Positions 36,048 through 45,491 of a stretch of 62,357 nucleotides of DNA are shown here, piece after piece (positions within the stretch are counted from its first letter, which is position 1; each line of letters opens with the position of its first letter). The translations under genes were made by a program, and so were the position numbers. This stretch comes from a virus (taxonomy: Duplodnaviria > Caudoviricetes). The notes beneath the pieces are model-generated. The model was not told the DNA's origin, searched no databases, and saw nothing but the letters and a program-made list of their open reading frames with translations. The DNA is taken from IMG/VR virus record IMGVR_UViG_3300048576_000443, positions 1-62,357 of that record; one strand, written 5' to 3'.

Positions 36048-37594
36048 CCACCATGGCCGAAATCAAAAAAATCAACGTCGCCACGCCGCGCGCCGAGGTA
36101 GCGGCCTACAGGGATCGCGCTCGGGTCACCAAAGACCTCATGGGCGGGCTTCACGTTATGCGCGCCGCCGGGGTCCGGTATTTGCCGCAGTACGACGGCG
36201 AGGACGACGCCAAATGGAAAGACCGCGTGCAGGGGGCGACGCTGTTCAACGGCTACGAAAAGACCCTAGCCTATCTGTCCGGACAGGTGTTCTCGCGTGA
36301 CGTGGCCATGGAGAAGGAGGGCGAGGCCAAGGGCGCGGAGTTCGACGCCCTCATGGAAAACATCGACGGCGAGGGCAACAACATCACAACGTGGGCGAAG
36401 CGGTTTTTCCACGGGTGCCTCAATGACGGCTTCGGCCTGATCCTGGTCGATTCCGAGAGCGTGAACATGCGCCCCGGGCCGAACGGCACCAGGGAATACC
36501 TGTCCAAGGACGATGCCGGGATCGAGGCGTGGAAACCGCTCACGGCCGAGGCAAGCGCCGTCCTTGGCCTGCGGCCGAAGCTGGTCCGTGTGCTGGCCGA
36601 AAACGTCCTGGGCTGGCGCTACGAGGTCCAGGAGGGCAAGAAACGCCTGACACTGCTGCGCATCCTGGAAACCTACACCGAACAGGGCGAGTGGGACGCC
36701 GGGGACAAGACGCGGCTTCAGGTGCGCGTGCTTCGGCCCGGCGGGTACGAGATTTGGCGCAAGCAGAACGAGGACAAAGACGAATGGGTCAAGAAAAAGG
36801 AGGGCGCCCTTCCTGGCGATGAAATTCCCGGGGCCTTCTGCCGGCCCGGCAAACCGCTGGATGAAGTGACCTGCGCCCCGGCGCTTGAGGCCCTGGCCGA
36901 CAAGAATATCGAGCACTGGCAGAAGCAGGCCGAACACAACCAACTCATGACCTGGGTTCGCTCCCCGGGCATGTACGCGGCCGGGGCCGGGCCGGAGGAT
37001 AAGGTGCCGTGGGGGCCGGGCACCCTGACGAAGATTTCCGATCCGTCCGGAAGGATCCAGCCCATCGGCGTTGATGCGCCGTCCGTGGCGGCCTCTCGGC
37101 AGGAACTTGAGGATCTGAAGGCCGATATGGCCCTGTTTGGCTTGCAGCTTCTTATGCCCCGCACCGGCGACGTGACGGCCACCGAATCGGCCTTATCGTC
37201 CGCTGAGTCCGATTCCACCTTGAAGGGGTGGGCCCTGGAGCTCAAGGACGCGCTTGAACAGGCCATGGTATTCATGGGCGTGTTCATGGGCGGCCAAGTC
37301 CAGGCCCCGAGCTTGGTGGTGAACACGGAGTTCCGCCCGGCGCTCATGGACGATGCCGTGGCGCTTCAGGGCCTTTCCGACGACGTGAAAAGCGGCATCA
37401 TCAGCCGGGAAACTTACCTCAAAGAGAAGAAGCGGCGCGGCATTTTCGCGGATGACTTCGACATCGGGCAGGAAAACGAGCGGATTACCAAGGAACAGCG
37501 GGCGGGGACGTTTCAGGCGGCGGCTACGTCGGCTTTCGGCGGGATGGATCATCCTCCGACGGCGAATCCGGCAAATCAAGGTCAGGCAGCGTAA
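36044..37594 (+). CDS. Portal protein (DUF4055 family)
   Basis: MRAAG..YLP..E..R...ATLFN; LA.KNIEHWQ; TATE. Confidence 0.88.
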   Translation: MTTMAEIKKINVATPRAEVAAYRDRARVTKDLMGGLHVMRAAGVRYLPQYDGEDDAKWKDRVQGATLFNGYEKTLAYLSGQVFSRDVAMEKEGEAKGAEFDALMENIDGEGNNITTWAKRFFHGCLNDGFGLILVDSESVNMRPGPNGTREYLSKDDAGIEAWKPLTAEASAVLGLRPKLVRVLAENVLGWRYEVQEGKKRLTLLRILETYTEQGEWDAGDKTRLQVRVLRPGGYEIWRKQNEDKDEWVKKKEGALPGDEIPGAFCRPGKPLDEVTCAPALEALADKNIEHWQKQAEHNQLMTWVRSPGMYAAGAGPEDKVPWGPGTLTKISDPSGRIQPIGVDAPSVAASRQELEDLKADMALFGLQLLMPRTGDVTATESALSSAESDSTLKGWALELKDALEQAMVFMGVFMGGQVQAPSLVVNTEFRPALMDDAVALQGLSDDVKSGIISRETYLKEKKRRGIFADDFDIGQENERITKEQRAGTFQAAATSAFGGMDHPPTANPANQGQAA

Positions 37595-37817
37595 TGGAGG
37601 CGTCCACCTTCGGCCCTTCGACGCCGGGCTTTCCGGCAAACTCCGGATCGGTCTGCGCGACCTCGGGGGGCATGTTCTCCATGACCATGAGCCGTCGCCC
37701 GGCGGCGGCTTGCGCCCGGCGGCGCGGCGTCATGTGCGTGGATATGGGCGGCAGCTTGGCCCATTCGGCGTGCAGGCGGGCAATCTCTTTCGGGTCGGTT
37801 ATCTTTCCTTCGGCCAT
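37524..37817 (-). CDS. Small antisense hypothetical protein between portal and minor head genes
   Basis: MAEGKITDPKEIARLHAEWAK...; fills an otherwise empty 240-bp gap. Confidence 0.45.
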   Translation of the reverse strand: MAEGKITDPKEIARLHAEWAKLPPISTHMTPRRRAQAAAGRRLMVMENMPPEVAQTDPEFAGKPGVEGPKVDASITLPDLDLPDSPSEDDPSRRKPT

Positions 37818-37834
37818 GGAGGCGGCATAGCACC

Positions 37835-38953
37835 ATGGAAAGGGGCTCGCAAGCACTCCTGGACCTGTACTTTCGCGCCCGGGCCATCGCGTTCCGGTAT
37901 CGCCTGGACATCTTCGAGGCGTCGGCGCTTGAGCAAATCCTTGCCACCTTCGACCAGGGCCGGGCCGAGGTCTTCCGCGAGTTCGGGGCCAAGTTCCAGG
38001 GCATGAGCGATTGGAAGGCCGAACGCCTGCAATCCCTGCTCGAGTCCATGGACGATATGACCCTGGCGCTGCGGCAAACCCTGTCCGGGCAGTATGTGGC
38101 CATGGCCGCCACAGCCGGGGGGCCTGCCCTGGCCGAAGCCGCCGCCATGCTCACCGTGGGCGGCCTGTCACATGTGGCGGTCAACGCCGTGGACCTGACG
38201 CAAAGCCAGCTTCAGGCGTTTTTCCAGTCCACGCCCTTGAGCGGCAGGCGTATCGACAAATGGGTGGACGCCAGCTTTGACGCCACGGTGCAAGCCCAGA
38301 TCAGGCAGGCCATCAACGTGGGCGTCATCAAGGGCGAGGGCTACCCGGGGTTGGTGAAGCGGGTCGAGCAGGGCATGGGCATGGCCCGCAACGAGGCCGT
38401 GACCCTGACGCGCACCTTCGTGAGCGCGGCCAACAATGAGGCCCGGGACATGGTTTTCAAGGCCAACCCGGGCGTGGTGAAGGGCTGGAAATGGTTGACC
38501 AGCGGCGACAACCTGGTTTGCCCCCGGTGCCTGGCCCTGCACGGCTGCCGGTTCGACGTGGGCAAGGGGCCGCCTATCCCTTTACATCCCCGGTGCCGCT
38601 GCAACCGGGGCCCGGCCACCATCACCATGCGCGAACTTGGCATCCCCATCGACGAGTTCCAGGGCGAAATGGACAGGTGGGTGGTGCGGGGCAAAAAAGG
38701 CGCGGACGGGGAGCTTGTCGTTCGCAACATCGACGCCGGAAACCGAAACGCCGTTGTGCGCGTCTCCCGGGCCAAGGACGCCGATGCGTGGTTTCAAAGC
38801 CTGTCCGACGCCGAGAAGCGCGCCACCACGCTTGGCCCTGGCCGGGTCAAGCTGCTTGAGGAAGGCAAAATCGGGGTGAAGGATCTTTTGCGAGAGGATT
38901 TCACGCAAAGGACGCTTGAAGAACTGAACAGGATCGCGGACGGGGGAAGATAA
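37835..38953 (+). CDS. Minor head protein (SPP1 gp7 / Mu F family)
   Basis: W....D..VCPRCLALHG..PPIPLHPRCRC. Confidence 0.9.
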   Translation: MERGSQALLDLYFRARAIAFRYRLDIFEASALEQILATFDQGRAEVFREFGAKFQGMSDWKAERLQSLLESMDDMTLALRQTLSGQYVAMAATAGGPALAEAAAMLTVGGLSHVAVNAVDLTQSQLQAFFQSTPLSGRRIDKWVDASFDATVQAQIRQAINVGVIKGEGYPGLVKRVEQGMGMARNEAVTLTRTFVSAANNEARDMVFKANPGVVKGWKWLTSGDNLVCPRCLALHGCRFDVGKGPPIPLHPRCRCNRGPATITMRELGIPIDEFQGEMDRWVVRGKKGADGELVVRNIDAGNRNAVVRVSRAKDADAWFQSLSDAEKRATTLGPGRVKLLEEGKIGVKDLLREDFTQRTLEELNRIADGGR

Positions 38954-38984
38954 GCAAGGCGGGTTGCAAAACAGCTACCCGCCC

Positions 38985-40175
38985 CTATCGCCACTCCGGA
39001 AACAGCGCGCGAACCTCTCCGCTCCCAACAGACCGGGAAAACAGCTTGTAATTGCCAGTCTCCCTCCTGACCCTCCCGGCGACAATGGCCGGACTGATCT
39101 TGAGAGCTTCTGCGGTCTGAAAGACGAATCTCGGCTTGGTTCGATCCTTGGCAGGCGTCGCCTCCCATAATTCAGACGGGATCGCCACATCAGCCGCAAA
39201 GGCGTTGGCTTGTTTCTCGACCCTATCCATGGTCCGCGTGTCGAGGTCATCCACCATGAAGCCGCCCGGCTCGACGTGCCCAAGGGCCAGATGCGCCAGC
39301 TCATGGAGCAAGGTGAACCAAAAGTAGTCCAGGCGGTCATAGCGCAAGGACAGGCCCACGACGGCCCGACCATCAGGAACGAAGAGAGCCGCCCCATCCT
39401 GATAGGTTTTGGGAAAGTGCTTCAGGACGATCATGCAGACGCCGAATCTGGCCAGATAGTCACGGGCGAGGGCCGGGCCGCGAGGATCTGTGCTCAATTC
39501 CAAAAGACCCTTGAAAAAGACGTGGTCCAAGGCCGCCCGGTCGAAAACGCCACCCTGGGGAGTGGCGGAGGCGAGGCAGCGCAGGCCCCCGACCCAAGCC
39601 AGGACGCAGGACGCATCGCCACGCATTCCGAGGCGCGTGGAGGAACGGGCGCAAAAGGCCGGCGCCACAGAGGCGAAGCCGACTTGTTCCAACCATCGCC
39701 CTGCCTGTGCGCGCATTTCGTCCGCCTCGGCAATGGCTTTAAGCCACCCGCGTTTGACCATCTCTTTGATGGCCGGGCTATTCAGGGCGGAACACGGGTC
39801 GGGGTTCGGATCGGGGTCATCGGGTTGGTCCTGAAACAGCGTATCCAAGGGGATACCAAGCCCGGCATGAAGGCGTCGGATCATCTCCAGGGTTAGCCGA
39901 CGCTTGCCAGCCAGAACTTCAGACACAACCCCCTTGCTTCCGATGAAGGGTTCGAGGTCGCGCCGAGAAAGACCCTGCTGGTCCATGGCAAATTCTATGG
40001 CAGACAGGGGGGTCGGCTGCGGCATCGGGTAGTGCTCATCTTCATAGATTTCGACGAGCCGCGACCAATACTCCAGACGATCCAATTCCTCTGTCCCTGC
40101 TTTGGCGTGCATAAGGCTTTCAACCTTCGCCAGCGCCGCCTCATATTCTGCTTCGGTTTTAATCAGACGTTCCAT
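38985..40175 (-). CDS. higA: HigA-type antitoxin (HTH + ImmA/IrrE metallopeptidase domain)
   Basis: IKTEAEYEAAL..YEDEHYP..VSEVLAGKRRLT; FWFTLLHELAH. Confidence 0.9.
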   Translation of the reverse strand: MERLIKTEAEYEAALAKVESLMHAKAGTEELDRLEYWSRLVEIYEDEHYPMPQPTPLSAIEFAMDQQGLSRRDLEPFIGSKGVVSEVLAGKRRLTLEMIRRLHAGLGIPLDTLFQDQPDDPDPNPDPCSALNSPAIKEMVKRGWLKAIAEADEMRAQAGRWLEQVGFASVAPAFCARSSTRLGMRGDASCVLAWVGGLRCLASATPQGGVFDRAALDHVFFKGLLELSTDPRGPALARDYLARFGVCMIVLKHFPKTYQDGAALFVPDGRAVVGLSLRYDRLDYFWFTLLHELAHLALGHVEPGGFMVDDLDTRTMDRVEKQANAFAADVAIPSELWEATPAKDRTKPRFVFQTAEALKISPAIVAGRVRRETGNYKLFSRSVGSGEVRALFPEWR

Positions 40176-40208
40176 GATTCGCCCCCTGCTTTTGAGGCAT
40201 GTTCAATG

Positions 40209-40526
40209 CTAAAGAGAAGATATGTTTTTTATGCGCCCATACTCTGTATGGGTCATAACCTTCCGCACAAAAGTCTTTTGAGCAGTGAAGTTGATGATAG
40301 CTATTAAGCGAAAATTATCACCGATATTAAATACAAAATGTTCATTCCCCACATCGTCAACAGAACGCGAGAAATATGCCTTCAAGTCAACAAGGCTTCC
40401 CCATGCCCTTGAAGAAATCACATTATACCAGTTTATCAACGGGGCCTTGGCCTGGGCGTGCCCTTCCCAATATTCCCGCAAGCGCCGCCTGGAGATCACC
40501 CGCATTTTCTTTTCCGCCCCGTTCAT
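40209..40526 (-). CDS. higB: HigB family toxin
   Basis: MRVISRRRLREYW..VFNIG..RLI..MTHTEY. Confidence 0.9.
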   Translation of the reverse strand: MNGAEKKMRVISRRRLREYWEGHAQAKAPLINWYNVISSRAWGSLVDLKAYFSRSVDDVGNEHFVFNIGDNFRLIAIINFTAQKTFVRKVMTHTEYGRIKNISSL

Positions 40527-40532
40527 GGCTAC

Positions 40533-40589
40533 ACATTACCATCCGGCCCGGCCTTGTCAATAAAAAAGTTCTCAAATTGAGAACTTTTT
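40533..40589 (-). promoter_or_regulatory. higBA promoter and palindromic operator
   Basis: TTGACA-16bp-TAATGT; perfect inverted repeat AAAAAGTTCTCAA-A-TTGAGAACTTTTT. Confidence 0.7.
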
Positions 40590-40812
40590 AAGCCTCTTTC
40601 TCGCTGCCCCTTGGCCGCCCCCTCCGGATTTCTCCCGCGTCCATCCGGCGTTTGATATTCTCGATGTCGGCCTTGCGGTATAGCGAAGTTCGGGGGCTGA
40701 TCTTGACGGGTTCGATTTGGCCGCGAGACACCATTTGCCAGATGGCCGACTTTGTGACCCCCAAAAAGGCCGCAGCTTCGGACGTTGTCATGTGGTCGTC
40801 AAGATTTGCCAT
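40588..40812 (-). CDS. HTH (excisionase-like) DNA-binding protein
   Basis: MTTSEAAAFLGVTKSAIWQMVSRG..RRGRPR. Confidence 0.8.
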   Translation of the reverse strand: MANLDDHMTTSEAAAFLGVTKSAIWQMVSRGQIEPVKISPRTSLYRKADIENIKRRMDAGEIRRGRPRGSEKEA

Positions 40813-40813
40813 C

Positions 40814-41608
40814 TCATCCCCCGAGGACGTTTTCACTGCCGACCGCTCCGATCTGGTTGAACCGTGACAAGAGGTCTTGGCGCTTAAACCCGACGTGCAA
40901 GGTCCCCGATTTATAGTAGGCTCGACATGTAAAATAGTCGGTTTCAAAGGCGGGAAGCTTCTTCTGGGCCGCCCCGCGTGTCGTGGTCAAGAGGTTCCCC
41001 GGGTAGCCCGGGAAGCCCTGACCGTCAAGGAAGTGGAAGGTCTTATCCAGGTCGGACAACAGGTCTTCGCGGTCAACCCATCCCCAAACGCCGAAGACGC
41101 GCTCAATGATGACCTTCGGCCCGACCCTCCAGGGTATGTTGGTTTTGTGTCGGCGGTTCCAATCCAAAGGCCGGAGGCGTCGATAGCAGCTCTCGACGCA
41201 AGACTTGAAAATCGTGTCCCGGCTCTCACATAGTCCTTGGAGTGTCGCTAGGAGATTGTCTTCGGTGAAATCAGGCGTCGCGTGCTGTGAAAACATCTCG
41301 TTCATGCGCGCGCGGTCCTCCGGGCCCATCATGTCGTGGATGCCTGTTTGCCGGAGCGTGTAGTGCCAGAAGTTTTCCCGAATCATCACCAGCGATTCCC
41401 GCATGGCGCTTGTCGGCTTGTCCGGTTCCTCAAGCCCGTAGTCGCTGATTCGGTCATGGAAAAGGCTGTCGTGGCTTTGGCCCAAGGCGGCTTTCATGAT
41501 CCGCTTCGCCTCCCCGAGCTTGCGAAAAGCGTCCTCCACCAGGGCGGCAACGGCCGTGTGGTTATCGGCCAGGGCTTGCAATGTTTGTCGCGGGATCATT
41601 TCATTCAT
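40814..41608 (-). CDS. DUF4942-like protein
   Basis: PDFTEDNLLATL..DLDKTFHFLDG..ETDYF..YKSGTLHVGFKRQDL. Confidence 0.75.
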   Translation of the reverse strand: MNEMIPRQTLQALADNHTAVAALVEDAFRKLGEAKRIMKAALGQSHDSLFHDRISDYGLEEPDKPTSAMRESLVMIRENFWHYTLRQTGIHDMMGPEDRARMNEMFSQHATPDFTEDNLLATLQGLCESRDTIFKSCVESCYRRLRPLDWNRRHKTNIPWRVGPKVIIERVFGVWGWVDREDLLSDLDKTFHFLDGQGFPGYPGNLLTTTRGAAQKKLPAFETDYFTCRAYYKSGTLHVGFKRQDLLSRFNQIGAVGSENVLGG

Positions 41609-41642
41609 GGCTTATATCTCCCCGGCCGGGGGGCGTTTGGGT

Positions 41643-42017
41643 TCACGCGGCGTTGACACACGGATGGTAGTCATCCGGCCTTCCACCAATTCTCCCAGGC
41701 TTCAGCGCCCATCCACAGCGGTCAGAAGGCGGCATGATTTCGACGCGAAGCGTGTTTTTTTGAAGCGGAAGCGAGTGATATTTCATGCGGTATCGGCACC
41801 CCTTGATAACGCGAGGGGTCCGGTGACATGGGCGGCTAGCTTCGCGGCCAGCGATACAAATGATCGTATTGATAAAGTGCTTATCCACCCATTTATACCC
41901 CCTCGCTTCGTTGTACGCATGGAGAAGATTAAAAAAACGCTCCTGGGGCATGATCTCTTCAAAATTTTCTATGCCCCTGATCCAAGCGAGCCCGGAGGCG
42001 GCGAAATATAAAGACAT
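41643..42017 (-). CDS. Hypothetical low-GC protein
   Basis: ORF in operon. Confidence 0.45.
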   Translation of the reverse strand: MSLYFAASGLAWIRGIENFEEIMPQERFFNLLHAYNEARGYKWVDKHFINTIICIAGREASRPCHRTPRVIKGCRYRMKYHSLPLQKNTLRVEIMPPSDRCGWALKPGRIGGRPDDYHPCVNAA

Positions 42018-42111
42018 GTGGTTGCTCCTGTTTGTGGCCCCGGGCCGTTGCTCGGAACTGTTGAAGTGTCGTGTAGGTTATTCGGGCCTTCGTCCGCCTC
42101 GCCGGTCAAAC

Positions 42112-42924
42112 TTACGCGGCCTTGATCCGCTTCATTTCCTCGGCCAGGGTCCACAGGGCCTTGTTAAGCTTGCGGTCGCCATCCACGGAGTTTACGGCCG
42201 GGGTCCGGCGCATCTCGCCATTCGCACCACGGGCCCTGACCCCGCCCTTGATGATGTTTTCCTGGGCACGGTTCAAGGTCGCCCACAGGCTCGGGCTGCG
42301 GTCGTCATAGCGGCGGGGGCGCAGGATGCTTTCCGGGGCCACCCGAGGGGCGGCGCCATCTTCCGTCGGCCACCGCAGTTCCCGGGCCGCCGTGGCAAAA
42401 GCCGCTTGCTCCCCGGGGGAGAGCGTAAGCGCGTGCATATCCCTGGCTGAGTCAAGGGCCAGGGGCGCGGCCTCGATCACCTGGAAAGCCGCATCGATCA
42501 CATCATCGGGGCGGCCCGAATGGCGAACCGAAACCGATTCGCACAGGCCATCCGAAACCACCATGCCGTTGGTGCAAACCAGCCGGAAAATGCCCAGGTC
42601 AACCTTGAAGGCGCTTCCCCGATCATGAGAGTTGGTCACCACGATTTCCGGGATGAGGGTGCCGAGGTCGTCTTTGGTCATAATCCGGTCGAGGTCGTCA
42701 CGTCGGCGAAAACGCAACGTGTGTTTAACGAACCCCTCTTTGCCCTCGATCCTGGTCCGAGACTGGAAAGCCCGAACCGGCTCAAAGCCTTCGGCCCGGA
42801 GCCGGGCTACCACGGCCGAGGTCGGGAGAAATACGTATCGCGAGGAAACGCCCTCCCACGGTTCGGAGGCGAAAACAGAGGGGGTCTTGGCCTGGATCTC
42901 GGCGTTGGTCAGTGCGTAAGTCAT
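42112..42924 (-). CDS. DUF932 (DUF945) family protein
   Basis: PSVFA..SSRY..PT..KHTLRFR..NSHD..FRLVCTNG..LW..LNRAQEN. Confidence 0.9.
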   Translation of the reverse strand: MTYALTNAEIQAKTPSVFASEPWEGVSSRYVFLPTSAVVARLRAEGFEPVRAFQSRTRIEGKEGFVKHTLRFRRRDDLDRIMTKDDLGTLIPEIVVTNSHDRGSAFKVDLGIFRLVCTNGMVVSDGLCESVSVRHSGRPDDVIDAAFQVIEAAPLALDSARDMHALTLSPGEQAAFATAARELRWPTEDGAAPRVAPESILRPRRYDDRSPSLWATLNRAQENIIKGGVRARGANGEMRRTPAVNSVDGDRKLNKALWTLAEEMKRIKAA

Positions 42925-42992
42925 GATGTTTGTCCCCTTGCCTTTCGGCATTTGAGGGGCTAGCCTTTTGCTTCCTACAGCCTGGGGCTAGC

Positions 42993-43039
42993 CCCTTGGT
43001 TTTGGCCCTGGCCGGTTGCCACCGGCTGGGGCCTTTTTG
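42993..43039 (+). terminator. Intrinsic terminator upstream of the capsid operon
   Basis: GGCCCTGGCCGGT-TGCC-ACCGGCTGGGGCC-TTTTT. Confidence 0.55.
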
Positions 43040-43071
43040 GTTTATGTCCTTCCGGCCTGCTTGTTGATAAT

Positions 43072-43100
43072 AATGTAAGTCTATGCTTACATTTTGTCAA
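43072..43100 (-). promoter_or_regulatory. Promoter of the DUF932 operon with an operator palindrome
   Basis: TTGACA-17bp-TACATT; AATGTAAG-N6-CTTACATT. Confidence 0.75.
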
Positions 43101-43194
43101 CTATTCATTCAAATTTTTATTACCTTAAAAATCAGCATGTTAATATTTTCTCAACAAATAAGTCGGCGGTCCAGGATGTGGCGGGCGCGGGATT

Positions 43195-43259
43195 TGTCCG
43201 CAAATGTCCGGATATGGCCGCAAATGTCCGGCTTCAAAACGAGAAACCCTTGCTATGCT
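43195..43259 (+). promoter_or_regulatory. Late promoter 2
   Basis: 37/38 identical to the 29470 motif; TATGCT at the same spacing. Confidence 0.75.
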
Positions 43260-43346
43260 TGCCGCATCTCTCAAGAGAATGCGGCTTTTTCATTTTTCAA
43301 CGTCTACCGTCCAGCCTGGGGCCGGGCGCACTCCCCGGAGGGGATC

Positions 43347-44108
43347 ATGGGTCTTCAACTCAAGGTGACCGACATCAACACAGTGCCCGAGGCGCTGCGT
43401 TCCGCCTACGTCCAAAAGGACGGGGCGTGGCATTTGGACGTGGAGGGCGGCGTGGTGCCCGAGGCCGATGTGAAGGGGCTCAAGGACAAGAACAACGAGC
43501 TTTTGGGCGAGAAGAAAAAAGCCCTGGCCGACCTTCAGGCCGTCCTGGACACCGCCAAGATGACCGACGAGGAGCGTACCCGGCTCAAGGCCCGGGTGGA
43601 TGAACTCGAAAGCCAGGTCATGACCAAGGAAGAGCTTGCCGCGAAGGCCGTCAAGAAGGCCAAGGAAGAGGCTGAAGGCGAGAAAGCCAAGGTCAAGGCG
43701 CAGGCCGACCATTTCCAGAAGCTTTTCACGGACTCCACCATCAAGGCCACCCTGTTCGGGGCCGCCCAGGAAGCCGGGGCCTACAGCGCCGAGCAAATCC
43801 ACGGGCTTCTGGCCGGGCGCACGGTCCTGGAAGAGGTCCGCGACGACGAAGGCAAGCCCACCGGGCAGTACGTCCCGAAGACCACGGTCACGGTCCTGGA
43901 CGGTGACAAGCGCATCGAAAAGACCCTGCCCGCCGCCGAGGCGGTCAAGGCGTTCCTGGAGCAGCCCGAGAACAAAAACCTCGTGAACAGCAAGGCCCTC
44001 CCCGGGGGCGGGGCCAGACAAGGCGGTCCCAATCCGGGCACGCCTCCCGAAAACATGACCAGCACCGCGAAAATCGCGGCGGGCCTCCGTGCTCGGGGGC
44101 TTTCGTAA
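43347..44108 (+). CDS. Capsid scaffolding protein
   Basis: L..AY..KDG..LDVEG..GLK.KN.ELLGEKK; coiled coil; directly upstream of the major capsid gene. Confidence 0.85.
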   Translation: MGLQLKVTDINTVPEALRSAYVQKDGAWHLDVEGGVVPEADVKGLKDKNNELLGEKKKALADLQAVLDTAKMTDEERTRLKARVDELESQVMTKEELAAKAVKKAKEEAEGEKAKVKAQADHFQKLFTDSTIKATLFGAAQEAGAYSAEQIHGLLAGRTVLEEVRDDEGKPTGQYVPKTTVTVLDGDKRIEKTLPAAEAVKAFLEQPENKNLVNSKALPGGGARQGGPNPGTPPENMTSTAKIAAGLRARGLS

Positions 44109-44120
44109 GGAGAAACAGCC

Positions 44121-45053
44121 ATGGCTTCCCAGACCCTTGCCGAAGCGAAAAAGCTCATCAGCGACCAGATCGTTGCCGGTGTGGCCGAGGACATCATTTC
44201 CATCAATCCGCTGTACGACGTCCTACCCTTCACCGGCTACACCGGGCAGGCGCTGCTTGTGAACCGGGAAAACGCCCTGGGCAACGCCGGGTTCTACAGC
44301 GTGGACGACACCATCACCCATAAGGCCGCTGCGACCTTCGCGCAGGTTCCCTTTTCGGCCACCAAGATCATCGGCGACGCCGAAATGGACAACCTCGTGC
44401 AGGCGCAGTCCGCTTCGGCCGGGGTCGATCAGACCGCCGTGGAGATCAGCTCCAAGGCCAAGACCATCGGCCGCCTGTTCCAGACCGGCATGGCGACCGG
44501 TAACGGCGCGTCCCCGCAGATGTACTCCCTGCATTCCCTGTGCGACTCCGGACAGTACGTCACCGCCTCCGAAGGACGAGCCTTGAGCCTCGCGCTCTTG
44601 GATGAACTCCTGGACCTCGTGAAGGCCAAGGATGGACAGGTGGACTTCATTATGATGCCCGCCCGCACCATTCGTTCCTACAAGACCCTGCTTCGCGCCC
44701 TGGGTGGCACTCCGGCGGAGTGGGTTGTCACCCTCCCTGGCGGGCGCACCACCATCGGCTACGAGGGCGTCCCGATTTTCAAGAACGAGTTCCTGTCCCT
44801 GACCGAGACTGCCAACGGCGCGGCCCTGACCGGCGGCGCCCTGACCTCCGTATGGGCCGGGTGCTTCGATGACGGCACCAACAAGGTCGGCGTTGCGGGT
44901 ATTCATCCCGAGAACGTCCCGGTCGGCGTCGTGGTCAGCCCCGTGGGAGAGTCCGAGACGAAGGATACGCTGATCTGGCGCGTGAAGATGTACGCCAATT
45001 TCGTGAACTTCAATCGGCGCGGATTGGCCCGGCTCACCAGCATCAACAACTAG
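44121..45053 (+). CDS. Major capsid protein
   Basis: TLAEAKKL..LPF; size, position and strong codon bias. Confidence 0.88.
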   Translation: MASQTLAEAKKLISDQIVAGVAEDIISINPLYDVLPFTGYTGQALLVNRENALGNAGFYSVDDTITHKAAATFAQVPFSATKIIGDAEMDNLVQAQSASAGVDQTAVEISSKAKTIGRLFQTGMATGNGASPQMYSLHSLCDSGQYVTASEGRALSLALLDELLDLVKAKDGQVDFIMMPARTIRSYKTLLRALGGTPAEWVVTLPGGRTTIGYEGVPIFKNEFLSLTETANGAALTGGALTSVWAGCFDDGTNKVGVAGIHPENVPVGVVVSPVGESETKDTLIWRVKMYANFVNFNRRGLARLTSINN

Positions 45054-45113
45054 CACCCCGGATCGTGGGGCGTATGCCGCGAGGTGTGCGCCCCATGCCA
45101 AGGAATCCAAGAG

Positions 45114-45491
45114 ATGCCCACCATCGTCATGAATTTCAAATCCACCGGGAACCCCGGGGATCATGAGCGGCACTTCGGCTACGACTGCGTTGTCCTGGAA
45201 GACCGTTCCCTTGTGACCGTCGTTCCGCAGGGCTTGGCCGATTCCGAGATTCGGGGCGGCCGGGCGAGGCTGGCCGAAATGCAGCCGGAGCCCGACACCT
45301 CCCCGCCCGCCGCACCCGGCCCGGAAACGTCTACCTCGGCCGACCCGCTGGACGGCATGAGCCTCAAGGAGCTTCGGGCCTACGCCGGGAAACACGACAT
45401 CACCATCGGGGCCAAGGCGACGAAGAAAGACGAAATCCTGGCCGTGATCCGGGCCGCCGTGGGGGAATCCATGCCCCCGGCCTCTGCCTGA
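45114..45491 (+). CDS. Head accessory protein with a Rho-N/HeH-like C-terminus
   Basis: LDGMSLKELRAYA..KKDEILAVI. Confidence 0.65.
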   Translation: MPTIVMNFKSTGNPGDHERHFGYDCVVLEDRSLVTVVPQGLADSEIRGGRARLAEMQPEPDTSPPAAPGPETSTSADPLDGMSLKELRAYAGKHDITIGAKATKKDEILAVIRAAVGESMPPASA

